From Deltaproteobacteria bacterium (GTDB lineage: Bacteria > Desulfobacterota > Desulfobaccia > Desulfobaccales > 0-14-0-80-60-11): a stretch of DNA of 47,623 nucleotides. Within the stretch, counting starts at the first letter, position 1; each line of letters begins with the position of its first letter. The position numbers and the translations under genes were made by a program. Shown here piece after piece: positions 20,037 through 29,364 of the stretch. The notes under the pieces are model-generated. The model made no database searches and had not been told where the DNA came from. It worked only from the letters and a program-made list of their open reading frames with translations. The stretch is taken from assembly GCA_016208235.1 (NCBI GenBank), contig JACQYN010000021.1, positions 1 to 47,623 of the forward strand. The letters run 5' to 3'.

Positions 20037-21603
20037 AAACCCGCCTCGGGTCCAGGTCCGGACTCCATTGGAGTTTGGCCCCCGCGGTCAACACCAGGTC
20101 CGCCAGCACCCAGATAATGACGGCTGAGAAGACGGCATTGAAGACGATGAGCCGGGGCAGGACCCAGCCCAGCCAGAGGGAGAGAAACGGCAAAATAAGA
20201 TGCAGAATAATAACCCCGAAGTGGAGGGTCAAAGGCAACCAGACCCCGGATTCGGCGAAGGGGTGGCGGTTGTTGACCCGATACGCGGGTTTGCGTCCTG
20301 GGGGATAGAATAAGGCCGCCAGGGTCGCGGCTCCATAAACCGGAAAAAGACCGAACAGCATCTTAAACTGCTTAAGAGCGTTCCCCCGGACAAACAGGTA
20401 GCGGAACATCAGGATGGTGGCCCCCAGATAGGCCCCCCGGAGCGCCCAATACACCGTTTCCTGGCCCAACAGGCTGGAGTCGCCCCCCAGGTAAACCAAC
20501 AGGGGAATCACGCAAAAAATGGGGAAAACCAGACCGCTTACGAGGTAACTCAACATGATCAGCAAAAAATGGCGGCGTTGCCGGAAACTAAGGCCGGATT
20601 TGAAGAGGGGGTTATCCCAGAAGAAAAGCCGCATGGTGTCCAGACACCACTGGAACCGCTGGCGATAGACCCCGGCCAGGGTCTGGGGCGCCAGGCCCCG
20701 GGACAGGGCATAAGGGAAATAGATGCCCTTCCAGCCCCGGCTCAACAGTTCATAGGAGGTGGTGACGTCCTCCACGATGTTCCAGGTGGCAAACCCGCCC
20801 ATCTCCTCCAAGGCCCGGCGCCGGTAGAGCACCCCGGAACCGCAGGAGATCACGGCGTTGGCCTGGTCGTTGCTCAGTTGCACCGCGTCGTAAAAGACCT
20901 CATCCCCGTTATAGAAGGGGTCCCCTTCCGGCAGGAAAAAGGCTTGCTTGGTCTGGACAAAAGCCACCCGAGGCAGCCGGAAAAAACCCGCCAACCGGGA
21001 GAGAATGTCCGGCGCCGGCACCTGGTCGGCGTCCAAGACCAGGATCAACTCGCCCCGGCTGCGGCTGAGGCCGAAATTGAGGTTGCCGCTCTTGGAATCC
21101 AGCAAGGGCAGCCCCGCTTGCGGGCGGGAAAGATAATGGCCTCCCAGGGAGCGGGCCAGGTCCGCCACCTGCGGGGAGCCGGCGTCGTCCAGGACATAGA
21201 CCTGGACCGGGGCATAGGCAATCCCGGTCACCGCCCGGAGGGTAGTGCGGATCACCTCCAGGGGTTCGCCGCAGCAAGGAACGAAAATATCTATGGGATA
21301 AGCCGCGGTGGGCTCCAGGCCTTCGGGGGGATGGAAGCGCAGGTGCCAGACGTCGCCGGCCAGAATAACCAGGAGAAAGAAGGCCAGAGCCTCCGCGCCC
21401 AGGAATAGCACATCTTGTATTCCCGGGTTTCTGAAGACCACCAAGCCCACCCACAAGATATATGCCGTTCCCAAGATTAGGGTCAGGAGGGAGAAGAACA
21501 GGGCGCGCAAACGCCGGGGCCGGTCTTCCCGGTCCCGGTAACGCCGGCAGGGGAGGCGGTCGAGGCACTCCGCCAAAAAAAATGAAAAAGGATTCTTGCT
21601 CAT
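20026..21603 (-). CDS. GT2 processive glycosyltransferase, cellulose-synthase (BcsA)-like, lacking PilZ
   Basis: Two N-terminal TMs, LDDAG, KSGNLN, LDADQ, VQTKQ, CGS, VED, GLAP, QRFQW, then several TMs; ends at 525 aa; overlaps the TPR gene start by 11 bp. Confidence 0.85.
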   Translation of the reverse strand: MSKNPFSFFLAECLDRLPCRRYRDREDRPRRLRALFFSLLTLILGTAYILWVGLVVFRNPGIQDVLFLGAEALAFFLLVILAGDVWHLRFHPPEGLEPTAAYPIDIFVPCCGEPLEVIRTTLRAVTGIAYAPVQVYVLDDAGSPQVADLARSLGGHYLSRPQAGLPLLDSKSGNLNFGLSRSRGELILVLDADQVPAPDILSRLAGFFRLPRVAFVQTKQAFFLPEGDPFYNGDEVFYDAVQLSNDQANAVISCGSGVLYRRRALEEMGGFATWNIVEDVTTSYELLSRGWKGIYFPYALSRGLAPQTLAGVYRQRFQWCLDTMRLFFWDNPLFKSGLSFRQRRHFLLIMLSYLVSGLVFPIFCVIPLLVYLGGDSSLLGQETVYWALRGAYLGATILMFRYLFVRGNALKQFKMLFGLFPVYGAATLAALFYPPGRKPAYRVNNRHPFAESGVWLPLTLHFGVIILHLILPFLSLWLGWVLPRLIVFNAVFSAVIIWVLADLVLTAGAKLQWSPDLDPRRVYGG

Positions 21604-21804
21604 ACAAGAATCCTCTCACCGCGCGCCGAGGCCGGAAAATCATCCTGTAAACATTTAGGCCTATTAGAATCAGCCATTTTCCCTCCCTGGGTGGCTGTCG
21701 GGCCTAACAATAATAAACAATTTTCAACACTTAGGAAGACGGTACCCTTTAATACACCCTTCCCAAGATCGTGTAAAGAGTTTTGTAAAAAATTTTAAAA
21801 ACTG

Positions 21805-22812
21805 CTAATTCGCGGCAGAGGCGGGGAGTCCGTGGTATTCTTTGTACCACTTAATAAAGCGGGGAATGCCCACGGCGATGGGGGTGGTGGGGTGAAAACC
21901 CAGCTTTTCTTGGGCCCGGCGGATATCCGCGAAGGTGGCCGGCACGTCCCCGGGCTGGATGGGCAGTAATTCCTTTTGGGCCTCCACCCCCAACTCCTGC
22001 TCCAGGAGGGCGATCACCCGGGTCAACTCCTCGGATTGGTGATTGCCCAGGTTGAAAATTTCGAAGGGGGCCAGGCCCGGGACCATGAGCGCGGCCAGGG
22101 TGCCCTGGACGATGTCGTCAATATAGGTGAAATCCCGTTGCATCTGCCCATAATTAAAGACTTTGATGGGCTTGCCGGCCAGCATGGCCGCGGCGAAGAG
22201 CCACATGGCCATATCCGGCCGGCCCCAGGGGCCGTAGACCGTAAAGTAACGGAGACCCACGGTGGGCAGGCCGAAGAGGTGGGTATAGGCATGGGCCATC
22301 AGCTCATCCGCCCGCTTGGTGGCGGCATAGAGGCTGATGGGCGTGTCCACCCGCTGTTCCTCCGAGAAGGGCAGTTCCGTCAGCCCCCCATAGACACTGG
22401 AGCTGGACGCGTAGACGAACCGCTCCACCGGCAGGCGTTTGGCCAACTCCAGGAGATTAAGAAAGCCTTCCAGATTGGCCTTCTGGTAGGAGAAAGGGTT
22501 GATGAGGGAATAGCGCACCCAGGCCTGGGCCGCCAGGTGGCAGATTTTTTGGGGGGCGTGGGCTTGAAAGAGTCCCTCCAGGGCCACCAGGTCGGTGAGG
22601 TCCGCGGTGATGGAGGTAAACCCGGGAAATTTCCTTAATTCCCGGTCCCGGTCTCTTTTCAGGGCCGGGGAATAATAGTCGCTGTAATTATCCAGGCCCA
22701 CCACCGGGGCGCCGGCGGCCAACAAGGCCCGGGCCACGTGATAGCCGATGAAGCCGGCGCTGCCGGTGACCAGAAAGGAATATTCCTTGATTCGGGAAGT
22801 CCAGGATGTCAT
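21805..22812 (-). CDS. NAD-dependent epimerase, UDP-glucuronate 4-epimerase (CapI/WcaG-like)
   Basis: VTGSAGFIG, HLAAQA.VRYS, YASSSSVYG, YAATK, FTVYGPWGRPDMA, RDFTYIDD, QPGDV. Confidence 0.9.
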   Translation of the reverse strand: MTSWTSRIKEYSFLVTGSAGFIGYHVARALLAAGAPVVGLDNYSDYYSPALKRDRDRELRKFPGFTSITADLTDLVALEGLFQAHAPQKICHLAAQAWVRYSLINPFSYQKANLEGFLNLLELAKRLPVERFVYASSSSVYGGLTELPFSEEQRVDTPISLYAATKRADELMAHAYTHLFGLPTVGLRYFTVYGPWGRPDMAMWLFAAAMLAGKPIKVFNYGQMQRDFTYIDDIVQGTLAALMVPGLAPFEIFNLGNHQSEELTRVIALLEQELGVEAQKELLPIQPGDVPATFADIRRAQEKLGFHPTTPIAVGIPRFIKWYKEYHGLPASAAN

Positions 22813-22925
22813 GCCCGGATTATAGTAAATAGATAGGGCAATCACAATCTTATACTAAAAGCCCTAGTAATCAGTTGCCAGTTTCCCTGAAAAACCAATA
22901 TTGATAACTGGTGGATCTCTGATTT

Positions 22926-22954
22926 ACTGACCACTGGCCACTGACTACTGGCTA
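22926..22954. repeat. 7-bp tandem array (ACTG(A/G)C(C/T))n
   Basis: actgacc-actggcc-actgact-actggct. Confidence 0.8.
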
Positions 22955-23073
22955 CCATTTCCTGGAAATAACCTCTTGGGCAAATATAACCTTGGGATTG
23001 GCAGGCTCCTGGATTGCCACGGCTGCGGCGCGTGACTATCTTTTGGGAAAATCCACAGGGAGGGAGGCCCATC

Positions 23074-23688
23074 ATGTCCATCCATCCGGTACTCAAGGAA
23101 CACTCCGGGGAACTCGAAGCCATTGTAGGGAAATTGGTCGCCGGCGCCGGGGCAGCCCGAGACGCGTTTAACCGCCATAGCCGGAGACGCATGGAGGAAC
23201 TGCGAACCCTGAACCGGACCGCGGCCCAGGAGCTGGAGGCCGCGCTGAAAAAACTGGATAAGGAGATGGCCTTGAAATCCGAAGGGGAGCGGGCGGCCTT
23301 AACCCGCCTCTCCAGTATTTATACGCATATGCAGATTATCGCCCAAAACCTGGGCGCCCTGGTGGACCCTATCCAGAAAAAGATTAAAGACGGGGTCCTG
23401 TTCTCCGATAAAGCGGTATCCCAAACCAACTATCTCTTTGACACGCAGGCAGGGATGTTGCGCTCCGTGCTGGACATCATCAAGACCGACAACGAGTTTC
23501 TCAAAAGGTACGCGGAAACGGAAGCCCGGAACTTGATCCAGGCTTGCATCAATTTCGCCACGGAACACGAAACCCGGTTGATTGAGGGTCTCTGCCTGCC
23601 CCAGGCCGCGCCCCTGTTTCTGGCGATCCTCGACAATATGCGGTCAATGGGCCAGCACGAGGTGGAAATCGTCCAGCTCTTGGCGTGA
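23074..23688 (+). CDS. Stand-alone PhoU-like helical protein resembling the cytoplasmic C-terminus of Na/Pi cotransporters
   Basis: GGAGG RBS before ATG 23074; FSDKAV and HETRLIEGLCLPQAAPLFLAILDNMRSMGQH resemble NptA-type C-termini; no TM domain. Confidence 0.6.
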   Translation: MSIHPVLKEHSGELEAIVGKLVAGAGAARDAFNRHSRRRMEELRTLNRTAAQELEAALKKLDKEMALKSEGERAALTRLSSIYTHMQIIAQNLGALVDPIQKKIKDGVLFSDKAVSQTNYLFDTQAGMLRSVLDIIKTDNEFLKRYAETEARNLIQACINFATEHETRLIEGLCLPQAAPLFLAILDNMRSMGQHEVEIVQLLA

Positions 23689-23699
23689 AAAGGAAGGTT

Positions 23700-23800
23700 G
23701 GGGAGGTGGCCAGGGAAAAACAGTGGTCAGTAGTCAGTTATCAGTTATTCAGATACTGACCACTGACCACTGGCCACTATTTAGTCCCTGACCCTCCCCC
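23700..23800. repeat. Composite hairpin: G-rich and C-rich outer arms enclosing inverted 7-bp arrays
   Basis: gggaggtggccaggga ... cagtggt-cagtagt-cagttat-cagtt / actgacc-actgacc-actggcc-act ... tccctgaccctcccc, between convergent genes. Confidence 0.75.
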
Positions 23801-23809
23801 CACAAGGCA

Positions 23810-24418
23810 TCATTTCTCTACTACCGTAGCTTTGACAATAATCACCGGCTCCCCGGGCACATTCTGGTGCATCCCCCGGTTACCGGTGGCCACCGCCTTG
23901 ATTTTGTCCACCACCTCCTGGCCCTTCACCACTTTCCCGAACACCGCGTAGCCCCAACCCTGGGGGCTCTTGTCCCGGTGGTTGAGCATCTTGTTGTCCG
24001 CCACATTGATGAAGAACTGGGAACTGGCCGAGTGGGGGTCCATCGTCCTAGCCATGGCTATGGTGTAAGTATCGTTGGTCAGGCCGTTGTCGGCTTCATT
24101 CTTAATGGGGGCCCGGGTGGGCTTCTGGGTCATATTGGCGTCAAAGCCGCCGCCCTGGATCATGAAACCGTTGATCACCCGGTGGAAAATGGTGCCGTTG
24201 TAAAACCCGTCTTTGACGTATTGGAGAAAATTGGCCACCGTGTCCGGCGCCTTTTCAGGGTTGAGTTCCAGGACGATTTCGCCCATGCTAGTTTCCAGTT
24301 TGACCAAAGGTCGTCTCCTTTCTGCCGGCGCGGCAAGCCCCAGGGCAGGGATTAAGATTAGAGAAAGACTGATCACCAGGATCAGATTCCCCCAAAACTG
24401 TATTTTCCGTCGGTCCAT
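23810..24418 (-). CDS. ppiA: Periplasmic cyclophilin-type peptidyl-prolyl isomerase
   Basis: Signal peptide; [34 protein letters not shown]; AGGAGG RBS before ATG 24418. Confidence 0.9.
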   Translation of the reverse strand: MDRRKIQFWGNLILVISLSLILIPALGLAAPAERRRPLVKLETSMGEIVLELNPEKAPDTVANFLQYVKDGFYNGTIFHRVINGFMIQGGGFDANMTQKPTRAPIKNEADNGLTNDTYTIAMARTMDPHSASSQFFINVADNKMLNHRDKSPQGWGYAVFGKVVKGQEVVDKIKAVATGNRGMHQNVPGEPVIIVKATVVEK

Positions 24419-24754
24419 TCTTTCCTCCTGATTTTCCAACTAATACTTTCTCATTACTATACGGGAGGATAAGGAAGAAGGCCAGGATTAGCGGATCGGT
24501 TCATGGACTGTTGGTTAGGCGCCGCAGATGCGACGCTTGAAAAAAGCCGCTTCTAATCGGCCAGCGGGATGATCGGGGAACCTTTCCTCCGCCATTTCGC
24601 TGCCTTATTTTAAATCAGGGGGTGGTAATCGTTTATCATGAACTTATCTTCATAAATTATTACCGATGGTCAGCATCATCGGTTGATCTGGGGGAGAGAT
24701 CATCTTTTTTCTTCTGGGCCTTTTATCTGGTTAGGCGGTGACTTACCCTCCATT

Positions 24755-24788
24755 AACTTTGAACCTTGAACCTCGAACTTTGAACTTT
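24755..24788. repeat. 7-bp tandem array (GAAC(C/T)TT)n just upstream of the tkt RBS
   Basis: aacttt-gaacctt-gaacctc-gaacttt-gaacttt; near-identical array at 27549-27582. Confidence 0.85.
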
Positions 24789-24801
24789 CAAAAGGAGGCT
24801 C

Positions 24802-26652
24802 ATGGCCATGTCAGAGCAGGAGCACCTGGGCCGGTTGACAAAACTGGCCGTCTTGATCCGCTATTATATCCTGGCCGCCACCACCGCGGCCGGCTCCGGC
24901 CACCCCACCTCCTCCCTGTCGGCCACGGAGCTGATGACCGCGCTCCTCTTCGGCGGCTTTTTCAGATACAATGCCGACCACCCGGACCACCCCAACAATG
25001 ACCGCCTGATCTTTTCCAAGGGCCATGCCTCCCCGTTGTTTTACGCAATCTGGGCCGCGGCCGGGAAGCTCTCGGAAGAGGAACTGATCAAGACTTACCG
25101 CAAGTTCGGCAGCCCCCTGGAAGGCCACCCCACGGTGAGTTTTCCCCATACGGAGGCGGCCACCGGCTCCCTGGGCCAGGGACTGTCCATCGGCTTAGGC
25201 ATGGCCCTGAACGCCAAGTACCTGGACCGGCTCCCGTACCTGACGTACGTGCTCCTGGGAGACAGTGAAATGGCGGAAGGCTCCCAGTGGGAGGCCATCC
25301 AGCTGGCCGCCCATTACGAGCTGGATAATCTCATCGGCATCCTCGACGTCAACCGCCTGGGCCAGCGGGGGGAGACCATGTACGGCCACGACCTCCAGGC
25401 CTACGAGCAGCGCCTCGCCGCGTTCGGTTGGGAGACCATCCTGGTGGACGGCCATTCCTTTGAGGAGATACTGCCCGCGTATCAGCAAGCCGCGCTAGTG
25501 AGCGGCAAACCGGTGATGATCATCGCCAGGACTATTAAAGGCAAAGGCGTCTCCTTCCTGGAAGACCGAAACGGCTGGCACGGCAAGGCCCTGAAACCGG
25601 AAGAATACGCCCGGGCATTAACAGAGCTGGGAGAAATCGACAGGTCCGTCAGAGGGGAAATCCCCAAGCCCCATGACCAGAAACCTCTGGAACCCCAACC
25701 CCGGAAGGCGCAGCCCCTTTCTTACCCGGCGGATAAACCCGTAGCCACCAGGACCGCTTACGGCCATGCCCTGGCCCGGATTTACCCGGAATTTCCCCGG
25801 ATCGTCAGCCTGGACGGAGAAGTGAGCAACTCCACCATGGCCGAGATCTTTCAGAAAGCCTATCCCGAGCGGTTCTTCGAGGTTTATATTGCCGAACAGA
25901 ACATGGTGGGGATGGGCTTAGGCCTGTCCCGGCGGGGGAAAATCCCCTTTGTCTCCACTTTTGCCGCTTTTTTTAGCCGGGCTTATGACCAGATCCGCAT
26001 GAGCCAGTATTCCGACCCCAATCTCAAATTCGTGGGCTCCCACGCGGGCGTGTCCATCGGCGAAGACGGTCCGTCGCAGATGGGCCTGGAAGATATCGCC
26101 ATGTTCCGGGCGGTGTTGGACAGCGTGGTGCTTTATCCCGGCGACGCGGTGTCCACCGAAAAGTTGGTGGAGGCCATGGCCCGCCATCGGGGCATCGCCT
26201 ATCTCCGCACCACCAGGATGGCCACCCCCGTTGTTTATGCGCCGGAGGAGGAATTCAACATCGGCGGCTGCAAAGTTCTGCGCCAGAGCGACCGGGACGC
26301 GGCCACGGTCGTTGCCGCGGGTGTGACCCTCCATGAAGCCCTGGCGACTTATGAAATTTTGCAGAAAGAAGGTATCTTCATCAGGGTGATCGACCTCTAC
26401 AGCATCAAACCCCTGGATCTGGCCGCGCTTCAGGACGCGGCCCGGGAGACCCGGTGCTTGATCACCGTGGAAGACCATTACCCGGAAGGGGGCCTGGGGG
26501 AGGCGGTGTTGAGCGCCCTGGCCCCTATGTCCACCCCGGTTCATTCCCTGGCCGTGCGCCGGAAACCCAAAAGCGGTAAGCCCGGAGAACTGCTGGATTA
26601 TGAAGACATCTCCGCCGGGGCTATCATCCGTAAGGTTAAAGAACTCTTATAA
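24802..26652 (+). CDS. tkt: Transketolase
   Basis: SGHPTSSLS, FSKGHA, LEGHP, TGSLGQG, TPP motif GDSEMAEG...N, IAEQNM, GEDGPSQ; AAGGAGG RBS. Confidence 0.95.
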   Translation: MAMSEQEHLGRLTKLAVLIRYYILAATTAAGSGHPTSSLSATELMTALLFGGFFRYNADHPDHPNNDRLIFSKGHASPLFYAIWAAAGKLSEEELIKTYRKFGSPLEGHPTVSFPHTEAATGSLGQGLSIGLGMALNAKYLDRLPYLTYVLLGDSEMAEGSQWEAIQLAAHYELDNLIGILDVNRLGQRGETMYGHDLQAYEQRLAAFGWETILVDGHSFEEILPAYQQAALVSGKPVMIIARTIKGKGVSFLEDRNGWHGKALKPEEYARALTELGEIDRSVRGEIPKPHDQKPLEPQPRKAQPLSYPADKPVATRTAYGHALARIYPEFPRIVSLDGEVSNSTMAEIFQKAYPERFFEVYIAEQNMVGMGLGLSRRGKIPFVSTFAAFFSRAYDQIRMSQYSDPNLKFVGSHAGVSIGEDGPSQMGLEDIAMFRAVLDSVVLYPGDAVSTEKLVEAMARHRGIAYLRTTRMATPVVYAPEEEFNIGGCKVLRQSDRDAATVVAAGVTLHEALATYEILQKEGIFIRVIDLYSIKPLDLAALQDAARETRCLITVEDHYPEGGLGEAVLSALAPMSTPVHSLAVRRKPKSGKPGELLDYEDISAGAIIRKVKELL

Positions 26653-26676
26653 AAGAACTTGAAAAAGTCATAATTA

Positions 26677-26894
26677 TGTCATTCTGAGGGAACGAAGCGA
26701 CCGAAGAATCTCAGAAAAACCAGATGCTTCGCTTCATCTGAAAATGCCTTTTAACAGGCACACTTGGAGGCGGCCAGGGACGGCCGCCCCACCAAGAATC
26801 CTTTTGATGGTGGGGCGGGCCTCTGTGCCCGCCATACTCAAATTTTCATGCGTTATGGTAAGCTTTAGGTCATGATGGCTTACTCAGAATGACA
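26677..26894. repeat. TGTCATTCTGA...TCAGAATGACA palindromic element interrupted by a ~146-bp insert carrying a REP doublet (26765-26833)
   Basis: Left arm tgtcattctgagggaacgaagcgaccgaagaatctc...cagatgcttcgcttca (26677-26736); missing end ctcagaatgaca resumes at 26883. Confidence 0.8.
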
Positions 26895-26953
26895 AAAGCG
26901 AGTTGTGAAGTTTTCGTATAAGGCCCGACTGGAGCTAAAAAAGGGAGAACGCG

Positions 26954-27415
26954 ATGCGCCTGGGGATCGCCGCCGACCACGGCGGCTTTGAGCTCAAAGA
27001 GCAGCTGGTTGAGGAACTCCGGGAAATGGGGCATGAGGTGGTGGATTTCGGCGCCCGGGAGTATGACCCGAAAGACGATTACCCCGATTACGTGGTGCCC
27101 CTGGCCCAAGCCGTGGCCCGGGGCGAGGTGGAGCGGGGGGTGGCCATCTGCGGCAGCGGCGTGGGGGCCTCCGTGGCCGCCAACAAGGTGCCCGGGGTGC
27201 GGGCCGCGTTGATCCACGAGGTCTTCTCCGCCCACCAAGGGGTGGAGGATGACGACATGAACGTCATATGCCTGGGAGGCCGGGTGACCTGCTATGCCCT
27301 GGCCTGGGACCTGGTGCAGACCTTTCTCAAAGCCCGGTTCAAGGAAGGCGAGCGCTTTCTGCGCCGTCTGGACAAAGTGGCCCGGTTGGAAAAGATAGAG
27401 GAACAGGATTGGTAG
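26954..27415 (+). CDS. rpiB: Ribose-5-phosphate isomerase B
   Basis: AADHGG, DDYPD, ICGSGVG, ANKVPGVRAA, NVICLGGR. Confidence 0.92.
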   Translation: MRLGIAADHGGFELKEQLVEELREMGHEVVDFGAREYDPKDDYPDYVVPLAQAVARGEVERGVAICGSGVGASVAANKVPGVRAALIHEVFSAHQGVEDDDMNVICLGGRVTCYALAWDLVQTFLKARFKEGERFLRRLDKVARLEKIEEQDW

Positions 27416-27420
27416 TTAAT

Positions 27421-27582
27421 CTGTTTCCCGTTTTCCGTTTTAAAGATTTACTCATGGAGGCCTTTGGCCCATCCATAAATTATAAAAAATCGTAGAGCGG
27501 GCGTCCCCGCCCGCCACCATCATTTGATGGCGGTGCACAGCCCCCATTAACTTTAAACCTTGAACCTTGAACTTTGAACTTT
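27421..27582. repeat. Spacer with degenerate T-rich heptamers after the rpiB stop, a GTAG REP (27492-27515) and a GAACCTT array (27549-27582)
   Basis: ctgtttcccgttttccgtttt; gtagagcgggcgtccccgcccgcc; aactttaaaccttgaaccttgaactttgaacttt. Confidence 0.75.
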
Positions 27583-27601
27583 CCGAAGAAGAGCATTTAA
27601 C

Positions 27602-28153
27602 TTGATCGCCTCCCAATCCCTTAAGCCGGTCATCCTGACCATCGGCCATTCCACCCACCCCCTGGAGGCCTTTATTAAACTGCTCCACGCCCACGGGGTC
27701 ACTCTGGTGGCGGACGTGCGCACCGTGCCCCGCTCCCGCCACAACCCCCAATTCAACCGGGAGACCCTGCCGGAGCAACTTAAGCTCGCGGGTATGGGCT
27801 ATGCGCACCTGCCGGGGCTGGGGGGCCTGCGGCATCCCCGGGTTGATTCCTCCAACCGGGGCTGGCATAACGCCTCTTTCCGGGGATATGCCGACTACAT
27901 GCAGACCCCGGAGTTTGCGGAAAACCTGGAGGCCCTGATCCAAATGGCCCAAAAGGACCGCCTCGCCTTGATGTGCGCCGAGGCCGTGCCCTGGCGCTGC
28001 CACCGCTCCCTGATCGCCGATGCTCTTTGGGTCCGGGGCATCCCGGTGGAACACATCCTGGGCCTCAAGGGCCGCCAGGTCCACCGGCTCACCGGCTTTG
28101 CCCGGGTTCAGGGCTTGGAGCTTACCTATCCGGAGGAAGAAGTCCAGGATTAA
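27602..28153 (+). CDS. DUF488 family protein
   Basis: TIGHS, DVRTVPRSR.NPQF, LGGLR, LMCAE..PWRCHRSLIAD. Confidence 0.85.
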   Translation: MIASQSLKPVILTIGHSTHPLEAFIKLLHAHGVTLVADVRTVPRSRHNPQFNRETLPEQLKLAGMGYAHLPGLGGLRHPRVDSSNRGWHNASFRGYADYMQTPEFAENLEALIQMAQKDRLALMCAEAVPWRCHRSLIADALWVRGIPVEHILGLKGRQVHRLTGFARVQGLELTYPEEEVQD

Positions 28154-28217
28154 AGACTAGTGGGGAAATGGGGGAAAACTGATAGAATGTCCCCAATTTA
28201 GCCTGGATTATCTCGAG

Positions 28218-28994
28218 ATGACGCCAACTAAAGCAAATAATTTCCAAAACCAGGAGGAAACCGCCTACTTCGGCTATCGCCGGGTCCCAGCCGGGGAAAA
28301 GGGCCGCTTGGTGCGGAAGCATTTCACCACCGTGGCCGCCCGCTACGACCTGATGAACACCCTCCTGAGCCTCGGCCTTCACCACCTGTGGAAACGGACC
28401 GCGGTGAAGATGTTGGGGCTTAAGCCCGGGGACCGGGTTCTGGACGTCTGCGGAGGGACCGGGGATCTGGCCCTCTTGGCCGCCCGGATAGTGGGCCGCG
28501 CAGGCCGGGTCCTGATCTATGATATCAACCGGGCCATGCTGGCCGCGGGCCGGCCCAAGGTGGCCCGCTCCCCCCTGGCCGGGAGCATCCTCTACCTTCA
28601 GGGGGACGCGGAGCGCCTCTCCTGCGCGGATAATATTTTTGACGCGGCCATGGTGGGCTTCGGTATCCGCAACCTCACTCGCCCGGACGCAGGCTTCCGG
28701 GAGATGCACCGGGTCCTGAAGCCGGGGGGCAGGCTCATGTGCCTGGAATTCTCCCAACCCACCTGGGCCTGGTTCCGTTGGCTCTATGACCTTTATTCTT
28801 TTTATTTCATGCCCCTGGCCGGGAGAATCGTGGCGGGCTCCTCCCAGGCCTACACCTATCTCCCCGAGTCCATCCGCTTGTTCGCCAAACCGGGGGAATT
28901 GAGCGCGCTCTTGGAAGACCTCGGCTTTTCCCAAGTGCGGTACCGCCGCCTCATCAACGGCATCGCCGCGGTGCACGTGGGGGTCAAGAGCTGA
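28218..28994 (+). CDS. ubiE: Demethylmenaquinone/ubiquinone C-methyltransferase
   Basis: AYFGY, YDLMN.LLSLGLH.LWK, LDVCGGTGD, GFGIRN, RVLKPGG, LEFS, YTYLPESI. Confidence 0.92.
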   Translation: MTPTKANNFQNQEETAYFGYRRVPAGEKGRLVRKHFTTVAARYDLMNTLLSLGLHHLWKRTAVKMLGLKPGDRVLDVCGGTGDLALLAARIVGRAGRVLIYDINRAMLAAGRPKVARSPLAGSILYLQGDAERLSCADNIFDAAMVGFGIRNLTRPDAGFREMHRVLKPGGRLMCLEFSQPTWAWFRWLYDLYSFYFMPLAGRIVAGSSQAYTYLPESIRLFAKPGELSALLEDLGFSQVRYRRLINGIAAVHVGVKS

Positions 28995-29020
28995 TTTTGA
29001 GGCAAGGGGCCAGGGGGGGC

Positions 29021-29175
29021 GGCGGGCACAGAGGCCCGCCCCACCTTAAAGAAGAATTTTTCTAGTGGGGCGGCCATCCCTGGCCGCCTCCAACTGTTTC
29101 TGGGGAAGGGTTTTTCAGATGAAGGGAAAGAATCTTGTTTTTCTGAGATTCTTCCCTCTCTCGCTCCCTCAGAGT
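29021..29175. repeat. REP doublet (reverse-complement homologue of 26765-26833) followed by a degenerate GAAGAATCT/AGATTCTTC palindrome
   Basis: ggcgggcacagaggcccgccccac...gtggggcggccatccctggccgcctcca (29021-29092); gaagggaaagaatct...gagattcttccct..tcgctccctcaga. Confidence 0.8.
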
Positions 29176-29364
29176 ATCCTATTGATGCTTATCTCAGAGT
29201 TCTCCTTAATGGGTATTTGGGTCCGGAAAATAAGGCAGCCGGCCCTGTTCTCCGGATCACGAAGATAAAGACGCGCCTTTCCCTATGGACGGCCTATAAT
29301 GGCGTTCCTATATTTTATTAGGCCCCGGCTGCACTGGTGGGGGTTGGGGAGGTAGGTCTCGTTT

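Noticed and set aside
24630-24685. Short dyads upstream of tkt (atgaa/ttcat; accgatg/catcggt) as a riboswitch or operator
   Set aside because: Too short, and no match to a riboswitch consensus I can recognise.
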